DNA of 64,000 nucleotides from a virus. The number at the start of each line of letters is the position of its first letter. Positions within the stretch are counted from its first letter, which is position 1. The DNA lies in the IMG/VR virus record IMGVR_UViG_3300045988_116708, positions 1-64,000 of that record; one strand, 5' to 3'. Shown piece after piece: positions 8,225-16,790 of this stretch. A model generated the notes under the pieces. It saw nothing but the letters and a program-made list of their open reading frames with translations. It ran no database searches and had not been told where the DNA came from. The translations under genes were made by a program, and so were the position numbers.

Positions 8225-8331
8225 ATGTTACAATAATCCAATGGGCAGGGGCCTCACCTCTTGGTGGAAAATAACAATTCAAACGGTGTCGGTAGGGCTT
8301 ATCCGAAGACTCTTATTAGAAACAAAGGCTT

Positions 8332-9318
8332 ATGAAACGATTTGGAAATTTATACTATCGTATTTGTGACATTGATAACCTTTACCTTGCATATACCAAA
8401 GCAAGAAAAGGCAAGGGAAATACTTATGGGGTCATTCAATTTGAGAAAGAATTGGATGACAACATAAATACCCTTCATAAGGAACTGTCAGAAGGTAAAT
8501 ACGTTACTTCTGAATATCAAACTTTTATCATACATGATCCTAAGGAACGTGAAATATACCGGCTCCCTTTCCGTGATCGTGTTGTTCATCATGCGATAAT
8601 GAATATCCTCGAAGATATATGGACTCCGATATTCATTTCACATACTTATTCATGTATTAAGGGCAGAGGTATCCATGGAGTAATGAAACATCTAAAGAAA
8701 GATTTGAAAGATATCCAAAATACAAAATATTGCCTGAAAATGGATATTCGTAAATACTATCCGTCAATAGATCATTTGATACTTAAGAATATTGTCCGAA
8801 AGAAGGTTAAGGACAAACGTCTTCTTAAGTTACTCGACGGTATTATTGATTCTGCTCCAGGAATACCTATCGGTAATTATCTTTCTCAGTTCTTTGCAAA
8901 CTTGTATCTATCTTACTTTGACCACTGGCTTAAAGAGGAAAGACGTATAAAGTATTATTATAGATATGCTGATGATATGGTAATACTTTCATCAAACAAA
9001 GAAGAGCTTCACTCTCTGCTTGGAGATATAAAATCATATCTGCATAATAAGCTTCATTTAAATTTAAAAGACAATTATCAAATATTCCCGGTTGATAATA
9101 GAGGAATTGACTTTGTTGGCTATGTTTTCTTTCACACTCATATTTTAATGCGGAAAAGTATCAAGAAAAACTTCTGTAGAAAAGTAGCAGTGTTGAACAA
9201 AAAGAAAACTACATCCTGCAACTGCAAGATAGCACTTTGTTCATGGATGGGATGGGCAAAACATTGTAATTCAAAGCACTTAATTAAAACTGTAATCAAA
9301 AATGAAAAGGTTTTCTGA
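8332..9318 (+). CDS. DGR reverse transcriptase
   Basis: Contains PKEREIYRLPFRDRVVHHAI, LKMDIRKYYPSIDH, GIPIGNYLSQFFANLYL and YYRYADDMVIL. These RT motifs 1-5 include the DGR-typical GxxxSQ. Confidence 0.9.
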   Translation: MKRFGNLYYRICDIDNLYLAYTKARKGKGNTYGVIQFEKELDDNINTLHKELSEGKYVTSEYQTFIIHDPKEREIYRLPFRDRVVHHAIMNILEDIWTPIFISHTYSCIKGRGIHGVMKHLKKDLKDIQNTKYCLKMDIRKYYPSIDHLILKNIVRKKVKDKRLLKLLDGIIDSAPGIPIGNYLSQFFANLYLSYFDHWLKEERRIKYYYRYADDMVILSSNKEELHSLLGDIKSYLHNKLHLNLKDNYQIFPVDNRGIDFVGYVFFHTHILMRKSIKKNFCRKVAVLNKKKTTSCNCKIALCSWMGWAKHCNSKHLIKTVIKNEKVF

Positions 9319-9619
9319 TTTTGGAATTGATATTGACGCGGGACGTAATATTTTCCCTGTACAGCAAATATCAATAACCGATATACTCAACTGTGAGATA
9401 GAGGTACTTGACTATGAATCTGGAGTTAAAACTCAACATGGAGATAATCGTTGCGTAGTCAAGATTAGGCATGAAGGAGCTGAATATAAATTCTTTACTA
9501 ACTCTTCTCCGATAAAAGAGGCACTTAGTAAAATTTCCAAAGAAGATTTTCCATTTATAGCTACAGTACGTATCAAGAAAATAGGTACTGGTAATAATAA
9601 AATGTATTATTTCACTTAA
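9302..9619 (+). CDS. Hypothetical beta-rich protein coupled to the RT
   Basis: 105 aa; its start overlaps the RT 3' end by 17 nt. Confidence 0.6.
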   Translation: MKRFSDFGIDIDAGRNIFPVQQISITDILNCEIEVLDYESGVKTQHGDNRCVVKIRHEGAEYKFFTNSSPIKEALSKISKEDFPFIATVRIKKIGTGNNKMYYFT

Positions 9620-9625
9620 AAGATA

Positions 9626-10117
9626 TTGTATATGAAAATTACAATCAATAAACCAACTGAATTTGAGGCTGTCTACCTGAAAGTAGATGCAGGTGTTCGC
9701 TATTGGGAGGATGCAATAGTAAACGGAATAAGAGACATTGATTTATACGAGAGTAATGGTATAGGCAGCCCTCTTATTCCTTGCGCTGTACAAATAAAAG
9801 AAGAACCTGACTATAATATATATTCAGACCATTATCGTTGGAGACCTATTATAACGATTGAAACTGGTCGAATAGTCAACTGGATGCAGGGAACAACTGC
9901 TAATGTTCACTACAAAGTGTGTGATGATTTTATATGTGATATTGTTGATGAAGATGATAGTGCTATTGTTTCTTATGACGGCTATGTGCCTAAGATCATG
10001 TGTCCGGCAGATAAAGGATATGGTGACTATATCATTATGAATATTGACGAAAACGGATTTATTCAAGGATGGAATAAGGAACTAATTAAAGAACTTGTAA
10101 AACAAGAGGAGGATTAA
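9626..10117 (+). CDS. Hypothetical protein
   Basis: 163-aa acidic ORF. Confidence 0.6.
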   Translation: MYMKITINKPTEFEAVYLKVDAGVRYWEDAIVNGIRDIDLYESNGIGSPLIPCAVQIKEEPDYNIYSDHYRWRPIITIETGRIVNWMQGTTANVHYKVCDDFICDIVDEDDSAIVSYDGYVPKIMCPADKGYGDYIIMNIDENGFIQGWNKELIKELVKQEED

Positions 10118-10119
10118 TT

Positions 10120-10737
10120 ATGGCAATGCATACATGGTTTGAGTGCAAGATCCGTTACGAAAAGGTGATGGATAACGGAATGCAGAAGAAAGTGACGGAA
10201 CCTTATTTGGTAGATGCACTTAGTTTTACAGAAGCAGAAGCACGTATTATCGAGGAGATGACTCCATTTATAACAGGAGAATTTACCGTTTCCGACATCA
10301 AACGAGCTAACTATAGTGAACTTTTCCCCAGTGACGAGGAAAGTGCTGACCGCTGGTTTAAGTGCAAACTGATCTTTATCACCCTTGACGAGAAAAGCGG
10401 TGCCGAGAAAAAGACTTCTACCCAAGTGATGGTTCAGGCTGCCGACTTGCGCGACGCAGTGAAGAAACTGGACGAGGGCATGAAAGGAACAATGGCTGAT
10501 TATCAGATCGGTATGGTATCTGAAACTTCTATTGTAGACGTATTCCCTTATGAAACTAAAGAAGGAAGTAATACTACAGAAGATAAAGAGGTAGTTCGCT
10601 TTATTGATAAGTTCCCTGAAGGGCAATGTACCGAAACTACAGTAGGTGGAAAACCGGTTATCGTTGATAAGACTGGAGGTAAAACAAAAGTAATCCCTAA
10701 CAATAAATCAGATACTAATGAAGGAGATCAACAGTGA
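10120..10737 (+). CDS. DUF4494-like protein
   Basis: MHTWFECKIRYEKVMDNGMQKKVTEPYLVDALSFTEAEARIIEEM matches my recollection of the Bacteroidota DUF4494 family. Confidence 0.6.
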   Translation: MAMHTWFECKIRYEKVMDNGMQKKVTEPYLVDALSFTEAEARIIEEMTPFITGEFTVSDIKRANYSELFPSDEESADRWFKCKLIFITLDEKSGAEKKTSTQVMVQAADLRDAVKKLDEGMKGTMADYQIGMVSETSIVDVFPYETKEGSNTTEDKEVVRFIDKFPEGQCTETTVGGKPVIVDKTGGKTKVIPNNKSDTNEGDQQ

Positions 10738-10868
10738 AGAATATTTGCCAGATTGGGCGATAATTGAAGACTAGTTTAAAAGCGAGGAACGATGAGTGTT
10801 ATTTGTTCCTCTCTATGTGATAAGCTATCTACTACGAATTTACTATAAAGAATAAATAAGTTATAATT

Positions 10869-11669
10869 ATGGCAGAATTTTATAATATGGGAGAACTTAT
10901 TCCTATCAGAGAAAATAACGGTCAAAGAGCCGTTAACGCACGTGATTTACATGCTTTCCTAGAAAGTAAGCAACAATTTGCTGACTGGATCAAGAATCGT
11001 ATTGACAAGTATGATTTCATTGAAAATCAGGATTATGTAGTTTTTCATAATTCTATGAATAACCCATCTGGCGGTCGCCCCCAAAAAGAATACGCCTTAT
11101 CCATAAACATGGCGAAAGAACTTTCCATGATTGAGAATAACGTACGTGGGAAGCAAGCAAGAAAGTATTTCATCAATTGTGAAGAATTTGCCACTCAAAA
11201 AATTGTAGAAGAAAAGAAAAGTACTAAACGTGAACCATCACTAACAACTAAAGTCCGTGTTGGTCTTGAATGGGTAAAAGGCGTAAGTGAAGTGCTTAAT
11301 CTAAATGATTCTTCTAAATTATCTTTAATTAGTAAAGTAGCTGCACCTCTTGGACTTCCGACACCTGATTATACTCCGTCACATGGGATACTTAAATCCG
11401 CTACTGAATTGCTCAAAGAAGCGGGTTTGTCTATCAGCGCACAGGCGTTTAATCAAAGAGCGATTCGGAAAGGTATCTTATGTGATATTAAAAGGAAATC
11501 ATCAAAAGGTAAAGATAAGCATTTCAAATCAATAACCGAATCCGGGCTTCTATATGGTGAGAACCAAGTCAACCCTAATAATCCTAAAGAAACGCAGCCG
11601 CTTTGGTATAAAGATAAATTCAATGAATTATTGATGTTACTTGATTTTAAACTTGTTGAAGCGTTATGA
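10869..11669 (+). CDS. AntA-domain phage antirepressor
   Basis: NNGQRAVNARDLHAFLESKQQFADWIKNRIDKYDFIENQDYVVF is an AntA/AntB N-terminal motif. Confidence 0.75.
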   Translation: MAEFYNMGELIPIRENNGQRAVNARDLHAFLESKQQFADWIKNRIDKYDFIENQDYVVFHNSMNNPSGGRPQKEYALSINMAKELSMIENNVRGKQARKYFINCEEFATQKIVEEKKSTKREPSLTTKVRVGLEWVKGVSEVLNLNDSSKLSLISKVAAPLGLPTPDYTPSHGILKSATELLKEAGLSISAQAFNQRAIRKGILCDIKRKSSKGKDKHFKSITESGLLYGENQVNPNNPKETQPLWYKDKFNELLMLLDFKLVEAL

Positions 11670-12073
11670 CATACGAAGAAATGAAATCTAAATATTGTGG
11701 AACCAATATTCGCAGGAAGCCAAAAAGTGAAGAACATAAGATACAGGCGTCTTGTATCCGTTGGTTCCGTCTCCAATACCCCCAACTAAGGAATATACTG
11801 TTTGCCGTTCCTAACGCAGCAAGAAGAAGTGCTAGAAACGGGGCATACATGAAAGAAGAAGGGATGCTTTCGGGAGTTGCAGATCTGATACTTCTTAAAA
11901 GTAATCGTTTCTACGGTGCTTTGTGTATAGAAATGAAAAAGCCTGGTAAATACCAAAGGGTAGTACAAAAAGAATGGCAAAAGGAATGTGAAGCGGCTGG
12001 AAATAAATATGTCGTTGTCCGTTCCCTTGACGAATTTATCAAAGTGGTAACCGATTATTTGAATAACATGTAG
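11666..12073 (+). CDS. VRR-NUC domain nuclease
   Basis: EEHKIQASCIRWF...GVADLILL...ALCIEMKKPG...Q..W is a PD-(D/E)XK VRR-NUC pattern. Confidence 0.75.
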   Translation: MTYEEMKSKYCGTNIRRKPKSEEHKIQASCIRWFRLQYPQLRNILFAVPNAARRSARNGAYMKEEGMLSGVADLILLKSNRFYGALCIEMKKPGKYQRVVQKEWQKECEAAGNKYVVVRSLDEFIKVVTDYLNNM

Positions 12074-12075
12074 TT

Positions 12076-12489
12076 ATGGCTGTTTCGCAAATTATAAAAG
12101 ATATTCGTTGCCTAAAGAAACTGATAAAAAATGCTACTGGATTGAAAGTCTATGAGCAAGAAGCTATTTATCATCATGATTCCTATTGGAGCATTTCTAA
12201 TGAATATAAAGACAAAAACAGTCCTCATATCACAGTTACTAGAGGTAGCTATTGGACCTTGGATGATGGGGCAGAATACAAAATATCTATTTATGCTTCC
12301 TCTTTATCGATTGGCATACGTAGAAATTTCAACGCTCCATTATTTCAATCTTATATTGACAGAATAGTTCAGGCATTAGATAGCTGTTTTGGAGAAAAGC
12401 AGTGGAATTACTGTAATGAAGAATGCATTACTTGGCGTCCAATGTCTCGATTTAGTTTTTATGTGCAGATTCCAAATTTTAAAGATTGA
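12076..12489 (+). CDS. Hypothetical protein
   Basis: 137-aa ORF. Confidence 0.55.
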   Translation: MAVSQIIKDIRCLKKLIKNATGLKVYEQEAIYHHDSYWSISNEYKDKNSPHITVTRGSYWTLDDGAEYKISIYASSLSIGIRRNFNAPLFQSYIDRIVQALDSCFGEKQWNYCNEECITWRPMSRFSFYVQIPNFKD

Positions 12490-12494
12490 GACTT

Positions 12495-12647
12495 ATGAAA
12501 CCGAATGAATTAGAAGAATGGCATAAGCTATCAAAGAGCCTTCTTGCATTTACTAATGATTGCAGTGAGGACATAAAGCCTTATATTCTTGGACAGCTGG
12601 AAGCTTTATGCGAGATACTGTCTGGACAAATTGATTTTGAGAAATAA
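12495..12647 (+). CDS. Hypothetical 50-aa protein
   Basis: Hand-translated ORF MKPNELEEWHKLSKSLLAFTNDCSED..., the last gene before the terminator. Confidence 0.4.
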   Translation: MKPNELEEWHKLSKSLLAFTNDCSEDIKPYILGQLEALCEILSGQIDFEK

Positions 12648-12745
12648 AACTTGTGTCGATTGGTTCAACTCCTATTATCGGCAAATCGTTCTTTGACATT
12701 TTGTTTTCAGCTTTTAATCTGCCTTATTACTGCATTGGAATAAAT

Positions 12746-12770
12746 AAAGCCAGATATAATGTCTGGCTTT
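12746..12770. terminator. Bidirectional intrinsic terminator between convergent units
   Basis: AAAGCCAGA-tataatg-TCTGGCTTT forms a 9-bp stem. It is flanked by an A-run and a T-run. Confidence 0.7.
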
Positions 12771-13188
12771 ATTTATCAATTAGTCCGAACCTTTTTAATT
12801 CGGCTTTATTGATTCGAGAGTTACTCTTTATCTTATCACAAACAAGGCTAATATCTTCCTCATCCAATGTGCCTAAACTAGTACTTTTAAGAAGTTTGTT
12901 CTTCTTTACTATTTTAATTGAAGAGCAATCTATGTAGCTATCATATGAAAGGAAATCATAACTTTCCCCTTTTATAAGATGTTGCATTGCTCGTACATTA
13001 AGTGGCAGATTCATATTAATAAAGGAGTTAAAGATGACACCACCATAAACGTTTCCATCGTTATCAAAGCCAAGTACTACAAAAAATTTATCACGACTGG
13101 TATCTCCGGGTTTGGGTACTACTCCATTGGCTTTGTTCATCGTAACAAAAAATACATCCCCTATCTTAATTTCCGAAGGTTTCATCAA
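12769..13188 (-). CDS. Putative toxin partner of the Panacea antitoxin (possibly a PemK/MazF-like SH3 barrel)
   Basis: 139 aa; overlaps the upstream gene. GDVFFV...DKFFVVLG is weakly PemK-like. Confidence 0.45.
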   Translation of the reverse strand: MMKPSEIKIGDVFFVTMNKANGVVPKPGDTSRDKFFVVLGFDNDGNVYGGVIFNSFINMNLPLNVRAMQHLIKGESYDFLSYDSYIDCSSIKIVKKNKLLKSTSLGTLDEEDISLVCDKIKSNSRINKAELKRFGLIDK

Positions 13189-13693
13189 ATGCTATTGAAT
13201 CATTAATATATTTTACAAGTTCATCATTAGCTCCTCCATCAAGGGCAATATCCCCCGGATCAATAACATGATTCCCCTTTTTGTCTCTCGCTTTTTGCCA
13301 ACAAGTTGTATGAGAAGTTTTTTCCAACTCCTTAAAACTCATTTTCCCGTATTTGGAAATACATAAATCTAAAGTGTCTTTATCATATTGTGAAAGATAA
13401 TCCATATTCGGTTCACGTTTAGATAATAGATAGTAATCTACAACATGAACATCATCTGTCATTTTTGAAAGAACGCTTTTTTGCCCCCGTATTGTACTAT
13501 ACAAAATTGTTGGTACTGGTCCATGGGGAAGAGCACAAAACTTATCTGCTATCATCAGTTGTCCCCAGTCAACCAAGCTGCGTTGATTGGCAAAATATAA
13601 TATCTTGAACAAATGATAATAGTCCATACCCCCAGTTTTATTAAGGATATAAAGTACTATTTCTATGATTTTTTGTTGTTCAAATTTTGTCAT
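13166..13693 (-). CDS. Panacea (DUF4065/SocA-like) domain antitoxin
   Basis: YYHLFKILYFANQRSLVDWGQLMIADKFCALPHGPVPTILY matches the DUF4065 core (KLLYFA...GPV). An alternative GTG start lies at 13714. Confidence 0.7.
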   Translation of the reverse strand: MTKFEQQKIIEIVLYILNKTGGMDYYHLFKILYFANQRSLVDWGQLMIADKFCALPHGPVPTILYSTIRGQKSVLSKMTDDVHVVDYYLLSKREPNMDYLSQYDKDTLDLCISKYGKMSFKELEKTSHTTCWQKARDKKGNHVIDPGDIALDGGANDELVKYINDSIAFDETFGN

Positions 13694-13726
13694 TTTTTTA
13701 GGGTTCTTGGTCACTAATTATATAAC

Positions 13727-13746
13727 TGCATATTCAAATATATGCA
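13727..13746 (-). promoter_or_regulatory. Promoter/operator of the TA module
   Basis: The inverted repeat TGCATAT-tcaaat-ATATGCA overlaps a minus-strand -7 box (CAAATATA on + at 13735-13742). Confidence 0.5.
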
Positions 13747-13888
13747 TTTTAATGCAAAGAAACAAACAATAATTCAATAAGCAAACGATTAACGGCTTAA
13801 TTAACACGTTAATTAACATGTTTATAGCTAAAATATCGGTTTATTAGGGAGCTATATAAATAAAGAGATGCATTTCATCCCTTATTTG

Positions 13889-14155
13889 TTAGCCTTTCTC
13901 GATTGTTGTTTTGACTACTATCGGTTGTCCGCAGTGGGGGCAGATGTCAGACTTGGTTTGTTGGGCGACTTCTTCCGGGGACGCGAATAGCTGCCACATG
14001 GGGACGTTGAGGGCGGTGGCGATTTTTTCAAGTGTAGCAGTTGTCAATGATTCAGCAGCAACCATTTGTCTAACAGCAGATAGGCTTACATTCATTTTAT
14101 CTGCCAATTCTTGTTGTGTGTAATGTTTCTCTTTTAAAAGTTCCTTTATTCTCAT
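13889..14155 (-). CDS. XRE-family HTH regulator with a C-terminal zinc ribbon
   Basis: HYTQQELADKMNVSLSAVRQMVAAE is an HTH motif. CPHCGQP lies at the C-terminus. Confidence 0.75.
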   Translation of the reverse strand: MRIKELLKEKHYTQQELADKMNVSLSAVRQMVAAESLTTATLEKIATALNVPMWQLFASPEEVAQQTKSDICPHCGQPIVVKTTIEKG

Positions 14156-14172
14156 AATTATCTTTTTGATTT

Positions 14173-14286
14173 CAAAAATACAGATTATTTATGAAGAATA
14201 CAGTATATACTATATTAATTTATGCAAAAGAAATAGTATATTATAGTTGTTTTGTTTGGCGATATACAGTAAATACTGTATCTTTA
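14173..14286. promoter_or_regulatory. Divergent promoter region with three ATACAG-type operators
   Basis: Perfect palindrome ATACAGTAaaTACTGTAT at 14264-14281 overlaps the + strand box TATCTTTA (14279-14286). A near copy lies at 14198-14215. A half-site at 14178-14183 overlaps the minus-strand box (14173-14180). Confidence 0.6.
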
Positions 14287-14326
14287 CATCAAATAAAAGA
14301 ACTAATAACAATTAACTCCTAAATAT

Positions 14327-14638
14327 ATGAAACGCTACAATTTATCAGAGATAATGAAAAACGCTCACAGATCGTATAAGTATTCAGGCAAGCAGCAAGG
14401 TAAGACTTTCGGTGAGGTGCTTAAAGCAACTTGGAAGCTTGCAAAACTTCAAGCTATCTTCACGCAGGAAGCAGTAAAAGCACGAACTGATAAATTCTTG
14501 ACAGAAAGTAACGAAGCTATAAGAAGAGCGGCTAAGTCTACTCCTAGCAAAGCATACAATGATTTATCAATTCCTTCGTCGGCATATTACAATCCGAATA
14601 GCACCGGTAGATATGGGGCCCATTATGTAGGAGATTAA
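14327..14638 (+). CDS. Hypothetical protein (MKRYxLSxIM family, paralogue of 32382..32774)
   Basis: The shared N-terminus is MKRYNLSEIMKNAH here versus MKRYDLSKIMRRAH. The shared C-terminus is Y.GD. Confidence 0.6.
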   Translation: MKRYNLSEIMKNAHRSYKYSGKQQGKTFGEVLKATWKLAKLQAIFTQEAVKARTDKFLTESNEAIRRAAKSTPSKAYNDLSIPSSAYYNPNSTGRYGAHYVGD

Positions 14639-14661
14639 CTAACACTTTAAAATATAAAACA

Positions 14662-14814
14662 ATGAAATACGAAGTTTCTAAGAAAGGTTCAAGCGTAACA
14701 TTTAAGTTCGAAACATACGAACAGGCGGCTGATTTCTGCTATATGTATGTCATGTCAATGCACGTGAAAGGTGATAGATTCCCTGAACTTTCAATTAGAG
14801 AGATAAGCGAGTAA
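14662..14814 (+). CDS. Hypothetical 50-aa protein
   Basis: Hand-translated ORF MKYEVSKKGSSVTFKFETYEQAADF... Confidence 0.4.
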   Translation: MKYEVSKKGSSVTFKFETYEQAADFCYMYVMSMHVKGDRFPELSIREISE

Positions 14815-14837
14815 TCAGAACATTAAAATTTAGAGCA

Positions 14838-15242
14838 ATGGACAATATTTTGAACTCAACAGTTGAAATGAGCCAAGCAGAACTTATTCTTCAGTTGGCC
14901 AAGACGAATGTGGAACAAGAGAAAAGGCTTAAAACTACAGAGCTAAGATTAAGCGCACTCGAAGAGGAAATAAAAAAGTTGTCTTCAAAGTGCATTGGTA
15001 ACTATGGGTGCTCCACCATGTCATCATATATCCAGAGGTACAAATTACCGATTTATGTGAGTGACATTTCGAAGCTTAGTAATGATGCTGCACGATTATG
15101 CAGAAAAAGGGGGTATCCGGTCAATAAGGTAAATATTGAACGTTTCGGTGCAATCAATGTTTATCCGGACTTCATTCTTCATGAACTACTGGATGACTAT
15201 ATAAGGACCACACAGCGTCTTAATGGAAGTATAATAAGATAA
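14838..15242 (+). CDS. Hypothetical protein
   Basis: 134-aa ORF. Confidence 0.55.
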   Translation: MDNILNSTVEMSQAELILQLAKTNVEQEKRLKTTELRLSALEEEIKKLSSKCIGNYGCSTMSSYIQRYKLPIYVSDISKLSNDAARLCRKRGYPVNKVNIERFGAINVYPDFILHELLDDYIRTTQRLNGSIIR

Positions 15243-15261
15243 TAATACAAACTATAAAGCA

Positions 15262-15462
15262 ATGATTAAGGTAGAAATAAGCCAATACTTAGCAATGTTA
15301 AAGTCATTCACTGAATGCGCTCAATACAGAGCGGAGTGTTACCGGTTAAAAGCTGAAAACGAAAAGCTAAGATCTGAACTGTCGGATAGTTTAAAAGATT
15401 CTCGGTCTCCCCGTAACAAAATCGAATACTTCGATTACGGTAGCCGGATAGGAACTAACTAA
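15262..15462 (+). CDS. Hypothetical coiled-coil protein
   Basis: 66-aa ORF. Confidence 0.5.
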   Translation: MIKVEISQYLAMLKSFTECAQYRAECYRLKAENEKLRSELSDSLKDSRSPRNKIEYFDYGSRIGTN

Positions 15463-15472
15463 GATGAAAGTT

Positions 15473-15551
15473 GTGTTGGGGCTTCGGTCTGACACTTTAA
15501 GTTGATGCCAATCGACACAGTGACAATCTGAAAAATGGTTGTCACTGTTTT
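15473..15551 (+). ncRNA. Conserved structured element plus intrinsic terminator (copy A)
   Basis: About 45 nt are roughly 88% identical to 33456-33500. It includes a C(UUCG)G tetraloop hairpin, then stem CAGTGACAA/TTGTCACTG followed by TTTT. Confidence 0.45.
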
Positions 15552-15595
15552 ACCGGTTTTAAGTGGTTCTAAGAGAATCATGTGATTTAAAATAA

Positions 15596-15683
15596 GGCAC
15601 TTATATACGACCCTGCACTAAGTGTTTGGGTTATAACTAAAAGTTATTGCGACGGGCTGAGTGTTGAGTCGTATATAACTGCC
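15596..15683 (+). ncRNA. 88-nt extended hairpin in a 314-bp ORF-free region
   Basis: GGCACTTATATACGAC pairs with GTCGTATATAACTGCC (16 bp, 1 mismatch). There is an internal ATAAC-taaaa-GTTAT hairpin. Confidence 0.4.
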
Positions 15684-15778
15684 TAAAATAATAACTATCA
15701 TCTTTGATTATTCAAAGTAATATAGAGTTGAAAATAGTACATAAAACAATTTTATTAACAACATAAATAATTAGTATT

Positions 15779-15991
15779 ATGGAACAAGAATCAAGCGCAA
15801 TCAATCCGTATAACGGAATATTTGGGCAACAAGGTTGGATTTGTCCGAAGTGTGGAAGGGTATATTCACCATATACTCAAATGTGTTTGTATTGCAAACC
15901 TGATGATATAACTACTATTTCTAATCTTAGCGACCTTTCTAACAAGAATGTCAGCGAAGAAGAACTAAGAGAAAATCGTAAAACCAAATAA
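15779..15991 (+). CDS. Small zinc-ribbon protein
   Basis: CPKCGRVYSPYTQMCLYC. Confidence 0.55.
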   Translation: MEQESSAINPYNGIFGQQGWICPKCGRVYSPYTQMCLYCKPDDITTISNLSDLSNKNVSEEELRENRKTK

Positions 15992-15994
15992 GAT

Positions 15995-16339
15995 ATGAAA
16001 CAGACATTAGAAGAAGCAGCAAAAGAAAATATCTTATTTAACCATAGAACGGTTGATCGTACTTTGTCAGGTGGCAACTTGGCGCAATTTGGGATAACGA
16101 ATTTTATTCAAGGCGCCGAATGGCAAGCAAAGCAATTATCTTGCGTAAGTGCATATGAAAAATTGCTGGAATCTAACAAAGATGATTTTTTAAGCCATCA
16201 TATAGATAAGGTCAAAATGGAAATTATTCGCATTGTAGCTAATGATGCGCAAGCAGTGACTTTTCAAACACTTGGACAGTATAGAAGTTGGCTAATGAAA
16301 ACTATTAACGAGTTAAGTTACCCAATACCTGAATTATGA
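15995..16339 (+). CDS. Hypothetical protein
   Basis: 114-aa ORF. Confidence 0.55.
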   Translation: MKQTLEEAAKENILFNHRTVDRTLSGGNLAQFGITNFIQGAEWQAKQLSCVSAYEKLLESNKDDFLSHHIDKVKMEIIRIVANDAQAVTFQTLGQYRSWLMKTINELSYPIPEL

Positions 16340-16770
16340 GTAGAACACCTAAAATAAATAGAGTTTGGAATAAACAGGAGAAACGGATAGTCCGGCTTCT
16401 CTATCGCAAAGGATTTGAGATAGATTTATCAACCTTGTATTGGGCCTCCTATAAAGAGACAGGAAAGAAGTACAGACATAAAGGCTCTCCGTATAACTAT
16501 CCGGGTTATCGTGATGAAGTCTATTTTTGTACTTGGGACTATTGGGGAGAATGTGATGAACATCCTTTAGTTGACCGTTTTATAGAAAAAACGACATGGG
16601 AAAATATTCCTGATGACGTACTAAAGAACTGTGGTGATATGTGTGAAGTATATTCACGATCAAATTTCCAATATAAAGGTAGAAAGTGGCTGATTAAATA
16701 TTTGTCAGCCCTTCCCACCGTTAGATGCGATTCGAAGATAAATAAAATTCTGAGAATCAAACATTATTAA
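16336..16770 (+). CDS. Hypothetical protein
   Basis: 144-aa ORF with a coupled start. Confidence 0.55.
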   Translation: MSRTPKINRVWNKQEKRIVRLLYRKGFEIDLSTLYWASYKETGKKYRHKGSPYNYPGYRDEVYFCTWDYWGECDEHPLVDRFIEKTTWENIPDDVLKNCGDMCEVYSRSNFQYKGRKWLIKYLSALPTVRCDSKINKILRIKHY

Positions 16771-16790
16771 AAACTATACAGAAATGAATT

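Noticed and set aside
8103-8369. 88-aa track ORF spanning the TR and the TR-RT spacer
   Set aside because: It is the template repeat read in the VR frame (Asn-rich because of the TR adenines), with no plausible start context. It is best explained as the non-coding TR RNA region of the DGR.
8332-9318. Possibility that the RT belongs to a retron or group II intron
   Set aside because: A TR/VR pair with adenine-only mismatches lies directly upstream. The RT has the DGR-type GxxxSQ motif and no maturase/X or endonuclease domains. No msr/msd-like inverted repeats were seen.
10114-10626. 170-aa antisense ORF opposite the DUF4494-like gene
   Set aside because: The sense-strand product matches a recognisable conserved family. 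The antisense translation has no motifs and no promoter box.
12653-12937. 94-aa + strand ORF overlapping the terminator and the putative toxin gene
   Set aside because: It runs through the bidirectional terminator and lies antisense to the TA operon. Its translation is hydrophobic and low-complexity.
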